DNA of 64,000 nt, taken from positions 1 to 64,000 of the forward strand of contig JBDHHQ010000017.1 in NCBI GenBank assembly GCA_039589315.1. The letters are read 5' to 3'. Source of the stretch: Gemmatimonadota bacterium (GTDB taxonomy: Bacteria > Gemmatimonadota > Gemmatimonadetes > Longimicrobiales > Gaopeijiaceae). Shown here in pieces: positions 38,398-48,311 of this stretch (the first letter of the stretch is position 1; each line of letters starts with the position of its first letter). The notes below the pieces were generated by a model. The model had not been told where the DNA came from and made no database searches. It saw only the letters and a program-made list of their open reading frames with translations. A program made the position numbers and the translations under genes.

Positions 38398-39557
38398 ATG
38401 ATCAGCCGCACGCTTGCTGCCGCCGTGATCACAGCCGCCTTCCTCGTCTCCGCCTGCGCGGACGCCGGTCCTGCCGATGCCGGTCCGAGCGAGCCGCCTA
38501 CTTGACGCTCATGGGCAGCGACACGCTCGCGATCGAGTGGATGGAGTTCGGGGACGGCTACCTGGACGCCCAGGCCCTGATCAGAGGGTCCCGCACGACG
38601 TTCGGCGAGTATCACCTCGAGATGTCCGAAGGCGGGGAGGTGACGGCGTTCAGCGGGAACGTCTACGCCGGCGGCTCCAACACCGGTGAGCTGCTCCGCT
38701 CAACCGTCCTCGTCCACGATGATGCGGGGCTGGCGCTCGTCGTGAATCAGGGAAGTGAGGAGCGGCGGACCGGCTTCGCCGGCGAGCCCGGATCGGTGCC
38801 GTTCATCGACATGCTGCACTGGCCGTTCGAGGCGGCGTTGCGCTGGCAGGTGGGCAGGGGCGAGATGTCGGAGGAGATCCCGACGTTCACGGGGCGCGGC
38901 ATGCGCTTCGGCCTCATCCCGAACGATGACGGGAGCTGGGGCCTACGCCACCCCAGCCGCGGTGTGTCGACCATGGAGACGGATGCCGAGGGGAGGATCC
39001 TCCGGCTCGACGGCACCGGCTCGACCCGTGCCTATCAGCTGTCGCGCATCCCGTACGACCAGCTCGAGCCTGGCGTCATGGGCACCACATTCGCCGATCG
39101 GCCCCTGGGCGAGCTGTCCGGCCGTGGCCAGATCGACGACACGGTGGCGGGTGTTCGTTTCACGGGGGACTACGGCACGCCTCGGCGTCGGGGGCGCGAC
39201 ATCTTCGGTAGCCTGCTCGCCTACGGAGTGTGGTGGCGGACCGGGGCCAACCGGGCCACGCACTTCTCCCTGGACCGTGACATCGTCATCGACGGCAAGG
39301 TGATTCCGGCCGGCGACTACACTCTCTCCTCGATTCCGGAAGAGGACGGGGGCACCCTCATCATCAACACGCGCACCGGTCAGGGCGGACAGAGCTATGA
39401 CGAGACGCTCGACCTGGCCCGGGTCGAGCTGAGGCGTGACCGGCTCGACGAGACCGTCGAGGTGTTCGAGATCCGCGTGGTCGAGCTCGAGAGCGGAGGG
39501 CGCATCGAGTTGCGTTGGGACGACACGGTGTACTGGGTACCGTTCGCCCTTCCGTAG
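38398..39557 (+). pseudogene. DUF2911-domain lipoprotein, frameshifted near its 5' end
   Basis: AGGAG-ATG at 38398 gives MISRTLAAAVITAAFLVSAC (lipobox) then a stop at about 38504; the body (ERAAYLTLMGSDT...YGTPRRRGRDIFG.L..YG.WWRTGAN.AT) lies in another frame; one base missing near 38486. Confidence 0.78.
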
Positions 39558-39664
39558 GCCGGCGCAACCACAGGACGAAGCGCCTCGGCTTTGGGACGCT
39601 CCGCTTCAAGCCGACACCGCGGCGCCCTCACACCCGCGAGACGTCTCGGCCGGAGGCCGGAGCT

Positions 39665-42646
39665 TCAGCGTGTGGGCCGGCCCATCCGTTCGATCAGCGG
39701 AGTCATCCCGAGGCCCGCCTCCTCCAGGAGCGAGCCGAGCGCGGCTGCCTCGGCCTCACTGGCGAACGCGCCGGCGTACACCCGATACACCATCCGGCCT
39801 CCGCTCACCGGGAACTCGGCCAGATAGGCCGGAATCCCACGTTCGCGGGCCGTGGCTACCCGCCCCTTGGCCTCCGGGTAGTCCTCGAACGCACCCAGTA
39901 GGAAGGTCAGGCCGGTGGAACGAACCGTGGCGCTGCTCGACGCAGCCCTTCCCAGGAAGCCGGTGAGCGAGGTGCGAAGCCCCTCGGCTTCGCTCGCGGT
40001 CGCCGCCGGACCGGCCACGACCCGGTAGACGAGGCCGCCCTCGGCCCTCACCGGCACCTCGATGAACTCGAGGTGTGGGAACTTGGCCTGCAGCGAAGAC
40101 GACTGTGCCCGTGCCGACGCGATTCGGCTGTGGGAGCCGACCTCCAACCCGTACGCCATCAGCCCGGACGGGCGCGTGGACGGAGGCGGCGGCGTCAGGT
40201 CGTCCCTGGCAGTCGACGTGGGCGCAGGCGGCGTGGGCTCGGCGGCGGTCGCCTCGTCAGGTCCCGAGGGGGCGGCTTCCACCACCGGGGGCTCCTCGGT
40301 GGGCGGTGAGGCCGCGGGCTGGTCAGGCGTCTCGTCCGCGGGCTGGTCAGGCGTCTCGTCCGCAGGCCGTTCAGGCGTCTCGTCCGCGGGCCGGGCCGGT
40401 GTCTCGTCCGCGGGCCGGGCCGGTGTCTCGACGGCGGGCTCGGCCGGTGTCTCGGCGGGCCGAGAGGCAGCCTGGTCGCCGGCCGCTGGAGAGGCCGTGG
40501 GCGTCGGAGTCTCGGCGGGTGCCCGTTCAGTGGCTCGGGCGCTCGCATCTCGCGCCGGGGCGTCCGTGGGATCGGGCTCCTCGGCACGGTCGGCGGGAGT
40601 CGGGTCCGCAGTGCGGCTGCGTTCTTCCGCGGGGGGCGGGCCGGCCCGGTCGGGGGCGGTCGCGCCGGGCGCCGGCGTCCGATCCGGTGACGGCCTGGTG
40701 GCCCGCCGAGCCGACGGATCGGTCGCAGTCGGCGCATCCGCCTGGTCAGCGGCGGTTCGCTCGGAAGGCGCGGCCGGTGGCTGGGCGGTCGGTGGATCGC
40801 TGGCAGCCTTCGCCTCGGTCGGGCCACCCGGGACCCGGCCCGATGTCTCGTCGGATGCCTCGTCGGGAGTCGCGCTCCCAGCAGCCACTCGGGACGTCTG
40901 GTCAACCACGGACGAGGTCTCTCCACCGGCGGGGCCTGCCTCGGCAAGGGCCACGCCGGCTTCGTCCCCATCGGCAGGACCGGATTCGGCGGTCTCCTCC
41001 GGGTCGCCACCGCCCAACGCGCGCCACGGGTCTCCCAACTGCGGGTCCGCAGCCAACGCCTCGGGCGTCGCAGCCGGCGTCATGGTGCCCGGGCGTAGGC
41101 CGCCGTCGAACTCGGGGTCGTCGGTCGGCCGCACGGTCGTGAGACCAATGGCACCGGCGCCAATGACGACGACAGCGATGGTCGCCGCGACGCGGAGGGC
41201 GGACTTCCGTGACCGACCGATATCCCTCGCGCCGGGGAGGCCTTCGAACTCTGCGGCCAGAGCTTCGTCAGGCCAGTCGTCGCGCTCGGTCTCGCCCTGA
41301 TCGCTCCGCCGAGCGAAGGGGTTCGGGACGGCGTCCATATCGAAGGCGGGTCCCTCGGGCTCCACAAAGGCCTCAGCCTCGAGCTCGGCGGCGTCTACCT
41401 CCGCATCGAGCTCACCCCTGTCCGCTTGGGCGGCGAAGGGATCCAGGCTCGCATGCTCGGTCGCTTCCACGACCTCGTCGGCGTCCGCCCGTCGATCGCC
41501 TCTGTCCTCCCATGGGTAGGCGGACTCTTCATGTTCCTCAGATGACTCCGGCCAGGAGTCGGGGGGTCCGCTCCAGTCCTGCGAGGACTCCACCAGGTCG
41601 TCGCTTTGCTCTTCGAAGACCTGAGGCGGCTCTTCCGCCGCCTCCGGGACCGACTCTGTGAAGACGGCGTCGATGACAGCGCTCGACTGCTCGGCGAACT
41701 CGGCGTCGAGAGCCTCTCCTGGATCTGCCGCGGCCTGGGCGTCCTCGCGAGCCTCGGCCGCAGGGGCTTTCTGGACCTGCTCCAAGGTCGCATGTAGCTC
41801 GGGCGCCAGCGTGTCGATCACGATGATGCCCGCGTCGGCCGCCTCGGACTCGGGCGCCACGGACCAGGCTGGGTGCTCATGCGCGTCGCCGTCGGTCTCC
41901 GAGCGATGGTCGTTCTGCGGGAGGACTTCGTCCTGGGAAGAGTCCTCTTCGTCGGCGACGGTCTCGCCATCCTCGAAGCCTGCGAATACCTCCACCTGGC
42001 CGCCGTCCTCGTCCCAGGCTTCGGCCTCTGGCGGGCCGACAGTGGCCGGCTCGGTTGGCGGCGCGAGCCGTACCACAGTACCGGGAAACTCCTCCGCGAA
42101 GTCCGTGTCCGAGTCGCCCGGCGCTGCCATCAGCACCAAGGTGTCCGCCAGAGCGATGATGTCCCGGGAGCCAGCGGCGGCAAGAGGCACGTGGAGGACC
42201 ACGGTCGTTCCTCGGGCGATCTCACGACCCAGCAGCTTGCTCCAGGCCCGATGGCTCCGAACGAGCGCTGGGTCACCGGCCACGGTCCCGGCCTGGACCA
42301 GGCGAACCGTACCCTTGCGGACGGTCCGGGACACCCGCTGAAGTGACGCCGAGAACAGGAAGACGTCAGTGATGCCCTCTCCCGGGGGCTCGGCCAGCGC
42401 GACATGCAGTGTCGGTGCCTCGAGACCCAGGTCGATGAGTATCGCAGTGTCATCGACGCCGCCACACAGCTCAGCGACCCGCAGGGCCACGAGGGCCGGC
42501 CAGTCTCCCCCCTCCGCAGCGGGCGCGACTGCCGTTACGACCACGGCTCCCCGCTCCTCGTCTAGAGGTCGGAGGGAGAGGAGGGATTCCGGCACACTAC
42601 CGGACGAGGGGTCGAAGGGCTCCCAGCCCGTGTTCTCCGATGTCAT
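39665..42646 (-). CDS. Large SPOR-domain membrane protein (degenerate MinD/ParA-like N-domain, acidic region, TM, Pro/Ala/Thr linker, two SPOR-like repeats)
   Basis: LIDLGLEAPTLH..L..P.GEGITD, one hydrophobic TM, C-terminal YRVVAGP and YRVYAGAF; the start may lie upstream at 42742. Confidence 0.75.
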   Translation of the reverse strand: MTSENTGWEPFDPSSGSVPESLLSLRPLDEERGAVVVTAVAPAAEGGDWPALVALRVAELCGGVDDTAILIDLGLEAPTLHVALAEPPGEGITDVFLFSASLQRVSRTVRKGTVRLVQAGTVAGDPALVRSHRAWSKLLGREIARGTTVVLHVPLAAAGSRDIIALADTLVLMAAPGDSDTDFAEEFPGTVVRLAPPTEPATVGPPEAEAWDEDGGQVEVFAGFEDGETVADEEDSSQDEVLPQNDHRSETDGDAHEHPAWSVAPESEAADAGIIVIDTLAPELHATLEQVQKAPAAEAREDAQAAADPGEALDAEFAEQSSAVIDAVFTESVPEAAEEPPQVFEEQSDDLVESSQDWSGPPDSWPESSEEHEESAYPWEDRGDRRADADEVVEATEHASLDPFAAQADRGELDAEVDAAELEAEAFVEPEGPAFDMDAVPNPFARRSDQGETERDDWPDEALAAEFEGLPGARDIGRSRKSALRVAATIAVVVIGAGAIGLTTVRPTDDPEFDGGLRPGTMTPAATPEALAADPQLGDPWRALGGGDPEETAESGPADGDEAGVALAEAGPAGGETSSVVDQTSRVAAGSATPDEASDETSGRVPGGPTEAKAASDPPTAQPPAAPSERTAADQADAPTATDPSARRATRPSPDRTPAPGATAPDRAGPPPAEERSRTADPTPADRAEEPDPTDAPARDASARATERAPAETPTPTASPAAGDQAASRPAETPAEPAVETPARPADETPARPADETPERPADETPDQPADETPDQPAASPPTEEPPVVEAAPSGPDEATAAEPTPPAPTSTARDDLTPPPPSTRPSGLMAYGLEVGSHSRIASARAQSSSLQAKFPHLEFIEVPVRAEGGLVYRVVAGPAATASEAEGLRTSLTGFLGRAASSSATVRSTGLTFLLGAFEDYPEAKGRVATARERGIPAYLAEFPVSGGRMVYRVYAGAFASEAEAAALGSLLEEAGLGMTPLIERMGRPTR
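40312..40460 (-). repeat. About 6 copies of a 24-bp coding tandem repeat (PADETPxx)
   Basis: CCGCGGGCTGGTCAGGCGTCTCGT and variants; protein PAVETPARPADETPARPADETPERPADETPDQPADETPDQ. Confidence 0.85.
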
Positions 42647-42988
42647 CTGAACGCTCGAGCGCTGGATTCCGACTGCTCCCGGCGTGACGCGGGCTTCCTC
42701 TGCGAGGTCCTGCGCGCCTGGAGTTTCCGGGTCATGCCACACCGTTGTGGCACACTAGCGTTATCGGCTCGCGACGGGGTTTGGTGTAGGCACCCCGGCC
42801 CGCGGTCATCGGAGTGCCATCGGCCCACCCGATCGGGCCTCTTCCAGCGAACCCATGGGGGCGTCGGGACCCGGCTAAGCTCCCGCGCGCGTCCGGACGA
42901 TACCTGAAGCGACAACTCCACCGGGCACGAGCGAGGCCTGCTCCTCCTCCGATCATTCGTGCCCGAGCACCTCTCGGAGCGCCCCTCG

Positions 42989-43801
42989 ATGACCAATTGG
43001 AGCGGATTCTCCCCCCCACAGCGGGTCGTGTGGCTGACCGGTTCGGCGCTCTCCGGGGCCGCCGTCGCCCTGGCGGTAGCCATGAACGACGGCGTCCAGC
43101 GGACCGCAGCCGGTGCCTGGTCCGGCTTCGGCGTCGCACTGGCCGCTCTCGAGTCGAACGCATGGTGGCTGATTCCGACGTTCGTTCTGTCCTCTGTCAC
43201 CGTCTTCTCGGTCCCCCGGCTGAAGCATTGGTTCTCCGCCTCGCCGTCGACGGATCTGCTGCTGGACGTGTACCGAACGCGCTCGTTTCAGCGGGTCAAG
43301 GAGGACGCCCGCGATCACCACGTGACTCTGTTCAAACACGTTCGGTGGAACGTCTGGCCCTTCGCCTGGGACGGCCGGCCGCGCCTTCTGGGGCGGCCAT
43401 GGGGTGGCTGGCTCACGGCCGTGTCCAACGCCGGGCCAGATGAGAGCCCGGCCGGCCGGACGTTCTACGCCCCCAACGACGCGCTCCAGGCCGGTGGCGT
43501 ACCGGGTTCGAGTTGGGCCAAGCGGAGCTTCATCGCCGTTCAGAATCTGCCGGACCTGGCCGGTGAGCTCCGCGATGAGGCCGTCTCGGCCTACGCGTTG
43601 AACACGCGTGTCCCCCAATGGCGGGTCCGCGCCGAGCGGCCGTCTGCACGCTCCCTCTGTGCGTTTCCGGTCGAGACGAACGGTGTTCCGTGGGGCGTTC
43701 TGGTCTTCACCAGTCGAGAGCGGGACCTGGATCTGACCGCGATCAAGCGGTTTCATCGAGACGTGGCCCGGGTGCTTGGCGGGCTCCTAGGGGAGGCTTG
43801 A
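42989..43801 (+). CDS. Hypothetical protein with two N-terminal TM segments and a GAF-like C-terminal domain
   Basis: Two hydrophobic stretches, then GVPGSSW...I.VQNLPD...RSLCAFPVETNGVPWGVLVFTS, a GAF-like beta signature. Confidence 0.7.
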   Translation: MTNWSGFSPPQRVVWLTGSALSGAAVALAVAMNDGVQRTAAGAWSGFGVALAALESNAWWLIPTFVLSSVTVFSVPRLKHWFSASPSTDLLLDVYRTRSFQRVKEDARDHHVTLFKHVRWNVWPFAWDGRPRLLGRPWGGWLTAVSNAGPDESPAGRTFYAPNDALQAGGVPGSSWAKRSFIAVQNLPDLAGELRDEAVSAYALNTRVPQWRVRAERPSARSLCAFPVETNGVPWGVLVFTSRERDLDLTAIKRFHRDVARVLGGLLGEA

Positions 43802-43807
43802 GGAGAA

Positions 43808-44368
43808 ATGGACGGTTGGATCGAGCTGGATCCCGAGTGGCTCGACCGTCGGCGGGAGCTGAACACCACGAACGACGGGGTGGAGATTCTGGTGTTCGTT
43901 TCGCCCTATGACGTGCCCGACGCCGTGCGCGCCCACAGGGACAAAGCCGCCGACATCTTCGTCGTCGAGTTTCGCTACATCCAGGATGAGCCGTGGTCCA
44001 GGCACCCGTGCAACCGCATGATCGCGCTGCGGACGGGCTCGCACAGTGGACGGCTCCTGGGCGTCGAGATCGATCTCAGAAAGGCTCGCAACAATGGTGT
44101 CGTGACGGGTCAGGAAGCGATGCGCGTCGCTGTGGCGGGCGTCGATTCGCAGCTGCTCAGCCATCGCCACAACTTCACTCTGGCGACGCAGATTCTGAAG
44201 CTGAAGGCGTCGGATCTGATCGCGCTCTACGAGGGGCGCCCGAGGCAGCTCGAGTCCTCGGCCACGTCGGTCACCCCGCCTCCCACGCACAGGGCGCCTG
44301 CCGCCCCGGCCAGGAGGACAGCGTCGCCGAAGGCGCCCCAGACCTCGGGGGAGAGCGGTCCGGCCTGA
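43808..44368 (+). CDS. Hypothetical protein, loosely DUF2283-like
   Basis: Strong AGGAGA RBS 6 nt after the upstream stop; SPYDVP.AVR..RD...IF.VEF.Y, GRLLGVEI. Confidence 0.7.
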   Translation: MDGWIELDPEWLDRRRELNTTNDGVEILVFVSPYDVPDAVRAHRDKAADIFVVEFRYIQDEPWSRHPCNRMIALRTGSHSGRLLGVEIDLRKARNNGVVTGQEAMRVAVAGVDSQLLSHRHNFTLATQILKLKASDLIALYEGRPRQLESSATSVTPPPTHRAPAAPARRTASPKAPQTSGESGPA

Positions 44369-44404
44369 CAATCGGCCATCGCCGCCTCGAGGCGCCCGGA
44401 TCGG

Positions 44405-46312
44405 CTACGGCTCGGTCGACGGTCGGGGCCGCCCGACCACCGACATCCTGATCTGCGACGGATGCTCCTGGGAATGGTACACGACATTGTGAGCCACCAC
44501 GCCCTCGGTCTCGTCCCAGTTTCGGCCACCGGTGTTGAGGTTTCGGGTGAACCGAGGGAAGTTGCTGCTGGATACCTCGAGGCGAATACGATGCCCTGGC
44601 CCGAAGTAGTTGCTGGTGGTCAGAGGACTCAGCGTCACCTCGTAGACCTGGCCCTCCTCCATGAAGACCTGCTTGTCGTAGCCCTCCCTGTACCGGACCC
44701 GTTGGATGGTCTCATCGAGGTTGTACGCCCGACCGTCGGGGTACACGTCGACGAGCTTCACGGTGAAGTCAGTGTCTCTCACGTCAGACGAGACGAACAG
44801 GGTGACCTCGACAGGACCGCTCACCTCGACCCCTTCCTCCAGGGGCTCGCTCGTGTAGACCAGGATGTCGTGCCGCGTCTCCATCCGTTGCTGATCCAGG
44901 GAGCCGGCCCGGACCGCGTTTCCGGTGCAACAGACGTTGCCGCCATGTGACGGCACCGGATTCATGGGGTCGTAGGTGAAGGTGTCCGGCGTGTCACCTG
45001 CTCCGGGCCCACCCGGCGTGAGCGTTCCGTCGCCGTACAGGCTGTTGGCTCTCCCACCGCTGCCGAGGTAGTACGTCATCGTCTCCGCGCCCTCGGGTGG
45101 CCAGGTCTCCGAGCTCTGCCATTCGTTGAGGCCCATCGTGTAATACTGGACCCGGGGAGTCCTCTCGGTGAACCCGTTGTCCTCGCCCTTGAGCCAGTAG
45201 TCGAACCAGTCGTAGACCATCTCCATGTAGTCGAAACGAGCGTCACCGACGTCACGATCCCCCACGATCGTGGGGTTCTCAGTGCGGGTGTACGCACAGT
45301 GTGTCACGGGCGCGATGACCGCGAACTGGTTCTCGCGCACCTCCTGGTCTCGGGCGTTTTCCCGGACGTGGTTGTACAGCGCCAGGTTGGGACCCACCGA
45401 TACGTCGTACCAGGACATGAACCAGAGGCTCGGTACCCCGAACGGCATGTCGTCGTGGTAGAGCCCGCCCCGGTACCAGGTCGGATCGTCGGGTGTCCGC
45501 TTGATCATGTCCTCGAAGATGCCCTCGGGACCGTCCACGTTCTTCATGATGTCCACGAGGGGCAGGTGCCTCAGGGCCTCGACCCAATCCACCCGTGGCA
45601 TCTCCGGGGCAAGGTCGAAGTACCGGGACACCCGGATGAGGTCTTCGCGGGACATGTCCGAGGGAAACATGGGTCTCTGATTGTTCTGATTGCCGTAGAG
45701 CCAGGCGAAGAAGAGCATCTGCTCGGCACCGCCCCTATACCAGTTGCCCTGCTCCTGAAAGGGCCCCACTCGGCCGACGCCGGCGCCGAAGCCCTGTGGC
45801 ACCATGGCGGCGTGTGCGGGATTGTCCAGAGACGCCACCGCCATCTGCCACTCTGCCGTCGACGAGCAACCCAGCGTGCCCACCTTGCCGTTGGACCACG
45901 GCTGCTCAGCCATCCACGTCAGGGCGTCGTCTCCGTCCGTGATCGGGGGGCCGAGAATGTCCCACTCGCCCTCCGAGAAGAACCTCCCCCGCTCGTTCTG
46001 GACCACGTAGGCGTAGCCCCGCTTCACGGCTTCGTGCGCGGCCCTCAGGGTCCGGGTCGAAAGCTGTCCGTCTCGGTAGGAGTTGAAGTTGTACGGCGTC
46101 TTTGAGAAGACGATGGGCACCGGCACGTCGGTCCTCGGTCGGTACACGTCGGTGGCCAGGCGGATGCCGTCCCGCATCGGCACCATGAGCTTCTGCTCGA
46201 TGATGGCCGCGGCTTCGAGGGAGTCCAGGAGGGCTTCCTGCGACGTGGCGGGTGGGGCGAGGACGGAAAGGGCGGCGCAGGCGAACAAGACACGGAGAAC
46301 GACTCTGCTCAT
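44405..46312 (-). CDS. CocE/NonD family hydrolase (peptidase S15/glutaryl-7-ACA acylase-like), secreted
   Basis: [54 protein letters not shown]. Confidence 0.92.
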   Translation of the reverse strand: MSRVVLRVLFACAALSVLAPPATSQEALLDSLEAAAIIEQKLMVPMRDGIRLATDVYRPRTDVPVPIVFSKTPYNFNSYRDGQLSTRTLRAAHEAVKRGYAYVVQNERGRFFSEGEWDILGPPITDGDDALTWMAEQPWSNGKVGTLGCSSTAEWQMAVASLDNPAHAAMVPQGFGAGVGRVGPFQEQGNWYRGGAEQMLFFAWLYGNQNNQRPMFPSDMSREDLIRVSRYFDLAPEMPRVDWVEALRHLPLVDIMKNVDGPEGIFEDMIKRTPDDPTWYRGGLYHDDMPFGVPSLWFMSWYDVSVGPNLALYNHVRENARDQEVRENQFAVIAPVTHCAYTRTENPTIVGDRDVGDARFDYMEMVYDWFDYWLKGEDNGFTERTPRVQYYTMGLNEWQSSETWPPEGAETMTYYLGSGGRANSLYGDGTLTPGGPGAGDTPDTFTYDPMNPVPSHGGNVCCTGNAVRAGSLDQQRMETRHDILVYTSEPLEEGVEVSGPVEVTLFVSSDVRDTDFTVKLVDVYPDGRAYNLDETIQRVRYREGYDKQVFMEEGQVYEVTLSPLTTSNYFGPGHRIRLEVSSSNFPRFTRNLNTGGRNWDETEGVVAHNVVYHSQEHPSQIRMSVVGRPRPSTEP

Positions 46313-46520
46313 GGCTCTCCCTTTCTGCCAGAGATCCGGGTGGTCGCGCCAGGTGGACGCCGTACCCACGATAGGAAGCCGAGGCCGGCCGAGCAGTCGG
46401 GAGATTCCCGACATGCTCCACGAGCATGCCTCGCGGCCCTGACGACTCCGCGGCGGGTGGCCTGGCCGTCACCAATGAGGATATCCTTCACGTCGAACCC
46501 AAGTCAGCATGGAGGCTGCA

Positions 46521-48293
46521 ATGCGAAGATCCTTGCTACCCCTACTTCTCATCGGGACGCTCGGGGCACCGATGGCCCTTTCCGCCCAGGCGACCGAGTC
46601 GAGCGGCACGAAGCTCTACTACCCTGCGTGCGCCCCTTATGCGGCCGAGTACGTGTTCGACTGCTATCACGACTTCGCCGAGGTGGAGCAGTTCGTCCTC
46701 GATGCAGCGCGTGCCCACCCGGATCTGGCGCGAGTGGAGTCCCTGGGGAAGAGCTACCAGGGTCGGGATCTGTGGGTGATGACGCTCACCGACTTCACCG
46801 AAGGCGGCCCCGATGACAAGCCTGCCATCTGGGTCGATGGCGGGATCGACTCGGACGAGGTGATCGCGACCGAAGCGGCCCTGGGGTTGATCCACCACCT
46901 GCTGACCTCGTCGGACCCGGACGTGACGACGCTCCTTCGCTCGCGGACCTTCTACGTTGCCCCCAACGTCATCCCTGACGGATCCGAGCTGCACCACCAC
47001 ACCCCTGAGCGGCCTCGGGACTCTACGCTCCGGCCGTGGGACGACGACGGAGACGGTCACCTGGACGAGGACGGGGTCGAGGATCTCGACGGTGACAGCG
47101 AGGCCCTCCAAATGCGTGTGGCGGATCCCAACGGGACTCACGTGGCCCGCGCCGAGGACGCCCGTCTGATGAGGCCTCGGCGACCCGGCGATGCGGGGCC
47201 CTTCTACCGCCTGTACGTGGAAGGGATCGACAACGACGGGGATGGGGAGTATCAGGAGGACCGTCTCGGGGGCATCGACCCAAACCGGAACTTCCCGGGC
47301 AACTGGTCAACCGGCCAGAACGGCTCGGGTCCGTTCCCCGGCTCCGAGCCCGAGCTGAGGGCGGCTTTGGATTTCGTGCTGGCGCATCCGAACATCGCTG
47401 CGTCCCAGCACTACCACTCCAGCGGTGGCGTGGTGCTGCGCCCGCCGTCCGTGCCTGACTGGCGCCTGCCCGCCGCCGATGAGCAGCTCTACATGGCGGT
47501 CGCGCGACGAGGCCTGGAGGTGACGGGCTACAACCTGTCGACCTCCGTCTACGACTGGAACTGGCCCCGGGGATCGCGCAATACGAAGAACGGACAGGTC
47601 TGGCGGGACAGGGAGGGAGAGGTGAAGGGCTTCCCGGTTGCCGAGGACGCCTATCCTGCGTACGGGGGTTCCATCGACGGGCTCTACAGCCTGTTCGGGG
47701 TCCTGGCGTTCGCCAACGAGATCTACCAACTGGGTGAGGATGACGACGGAGACGGGCGCATTGACGACATGGAGCGCCTGCGGGCGAACGATGCGGAAAT
47801 GGCCGGTGAGGCGTTTCGCGATTGGAGCCCCTTCGATCATCCCCAACTGGGCCCGGTCGAGATCGGCGGATGGCGCAAGTTCGGACAGAACAACCCGATC
47901 GGCGGACGGATCCAGGAGGAGGTGGACAGGAACGTGGCGTTCGCCTTGCTACAGGCCAGCATGATGCCAGCCCTGACGCTGACATCCGTCGAGGTCGAGG
48001 ATCTGGAAGGCGGAGTCAGCAGGATACGCATGACCGTAGCGAACACCGGTTATCAGCCCACGGAGCTCGCCATCCGGGTGGACTCCGGCCACGCCGTTTC
48101 CGCCCGGGCTTTCGTGACCCTGGAGGGGGGTGCGGAGCTGCTGTCCGAGAATCCCGAGGTCGAGCTCGGTGTGCTCGCTGGCCACGGAGAGGTGGAGGTG
48201 ACGTGGCTGATACGCGGCGCGGGCACCGCGCAAGTAGAGGCCTACCATCCCAAGGCTGGCCGAGCGTCCGACCGCGTGCCGATCGGCGGCTGA
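46521..48293 (+). CDS. M14 family zinc carboxypeptidase-like protein, secreted
   Basis: SLGKSYQGRDLW, KPAIWVDGGIDSDE, PDG, DPNRNFP, PFP.SEPE, YHSSGG, several DxDGDG loops. Confidence 0.85.
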   Translation: MRRSLLPLLLIGTLGAPMALSAQATESSGTKLYYPACAPYAAEYVFDCYHDFAEVEQFVLDAARAHPDLARVESLGKSYQGRDLWVMTLTDFTEGGPDDKPAIWVDGGIDSDEVIATEAALGLIHHLLTSSDPDVTTLLRSRTFYVAPNVIPDGSELHHHTPERPRDSTLRPWDDDGDGHLDEDGVEDLDGDSEALQMRVADPNGTHVARAEDARLMRPRRPGDAGPFYRLYVEGIDNDGDGEYQEDRLGGIDPNRNFPGNWSTGQNGSGPFPGSEPELRAALDFVLAHPNIAASQHYHSSGGVVLRPPSVPDWRLPAADEQLYMAVARRGLEVTGYNLSTSVYDWNWPRGSRNTKNGQVWRDREGEVKGFPVAEDAYPAYGGSIDGLYSLFGVLAFANEIYQLGEDDDGDGRIDDMERLRANDAEMAGEAFRDWSPFDHPQLGPVEIGGWRKFGQNNPIGGRIQEEVDRNVAFALLQASMMPALTLTSVEVEDLEGGVSRIRMTVANTGYQPTELAIRVDSGHAVSARAFVTLEGGAELLSENPEVELGVLAGHGEVEVTWLIRGAGTAQVEAYHPKAGRASDRVPIGG

Positions 48294-48311
48294 GGCCGAG
48301 CGATCGAACCG

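Noticed and set aside
40062..41300. 412-aa Ser/Ala/Gly-rich plus-strand ORF
   Set aside because: It is antisense to the low-complexity linker of the SPOR protein.
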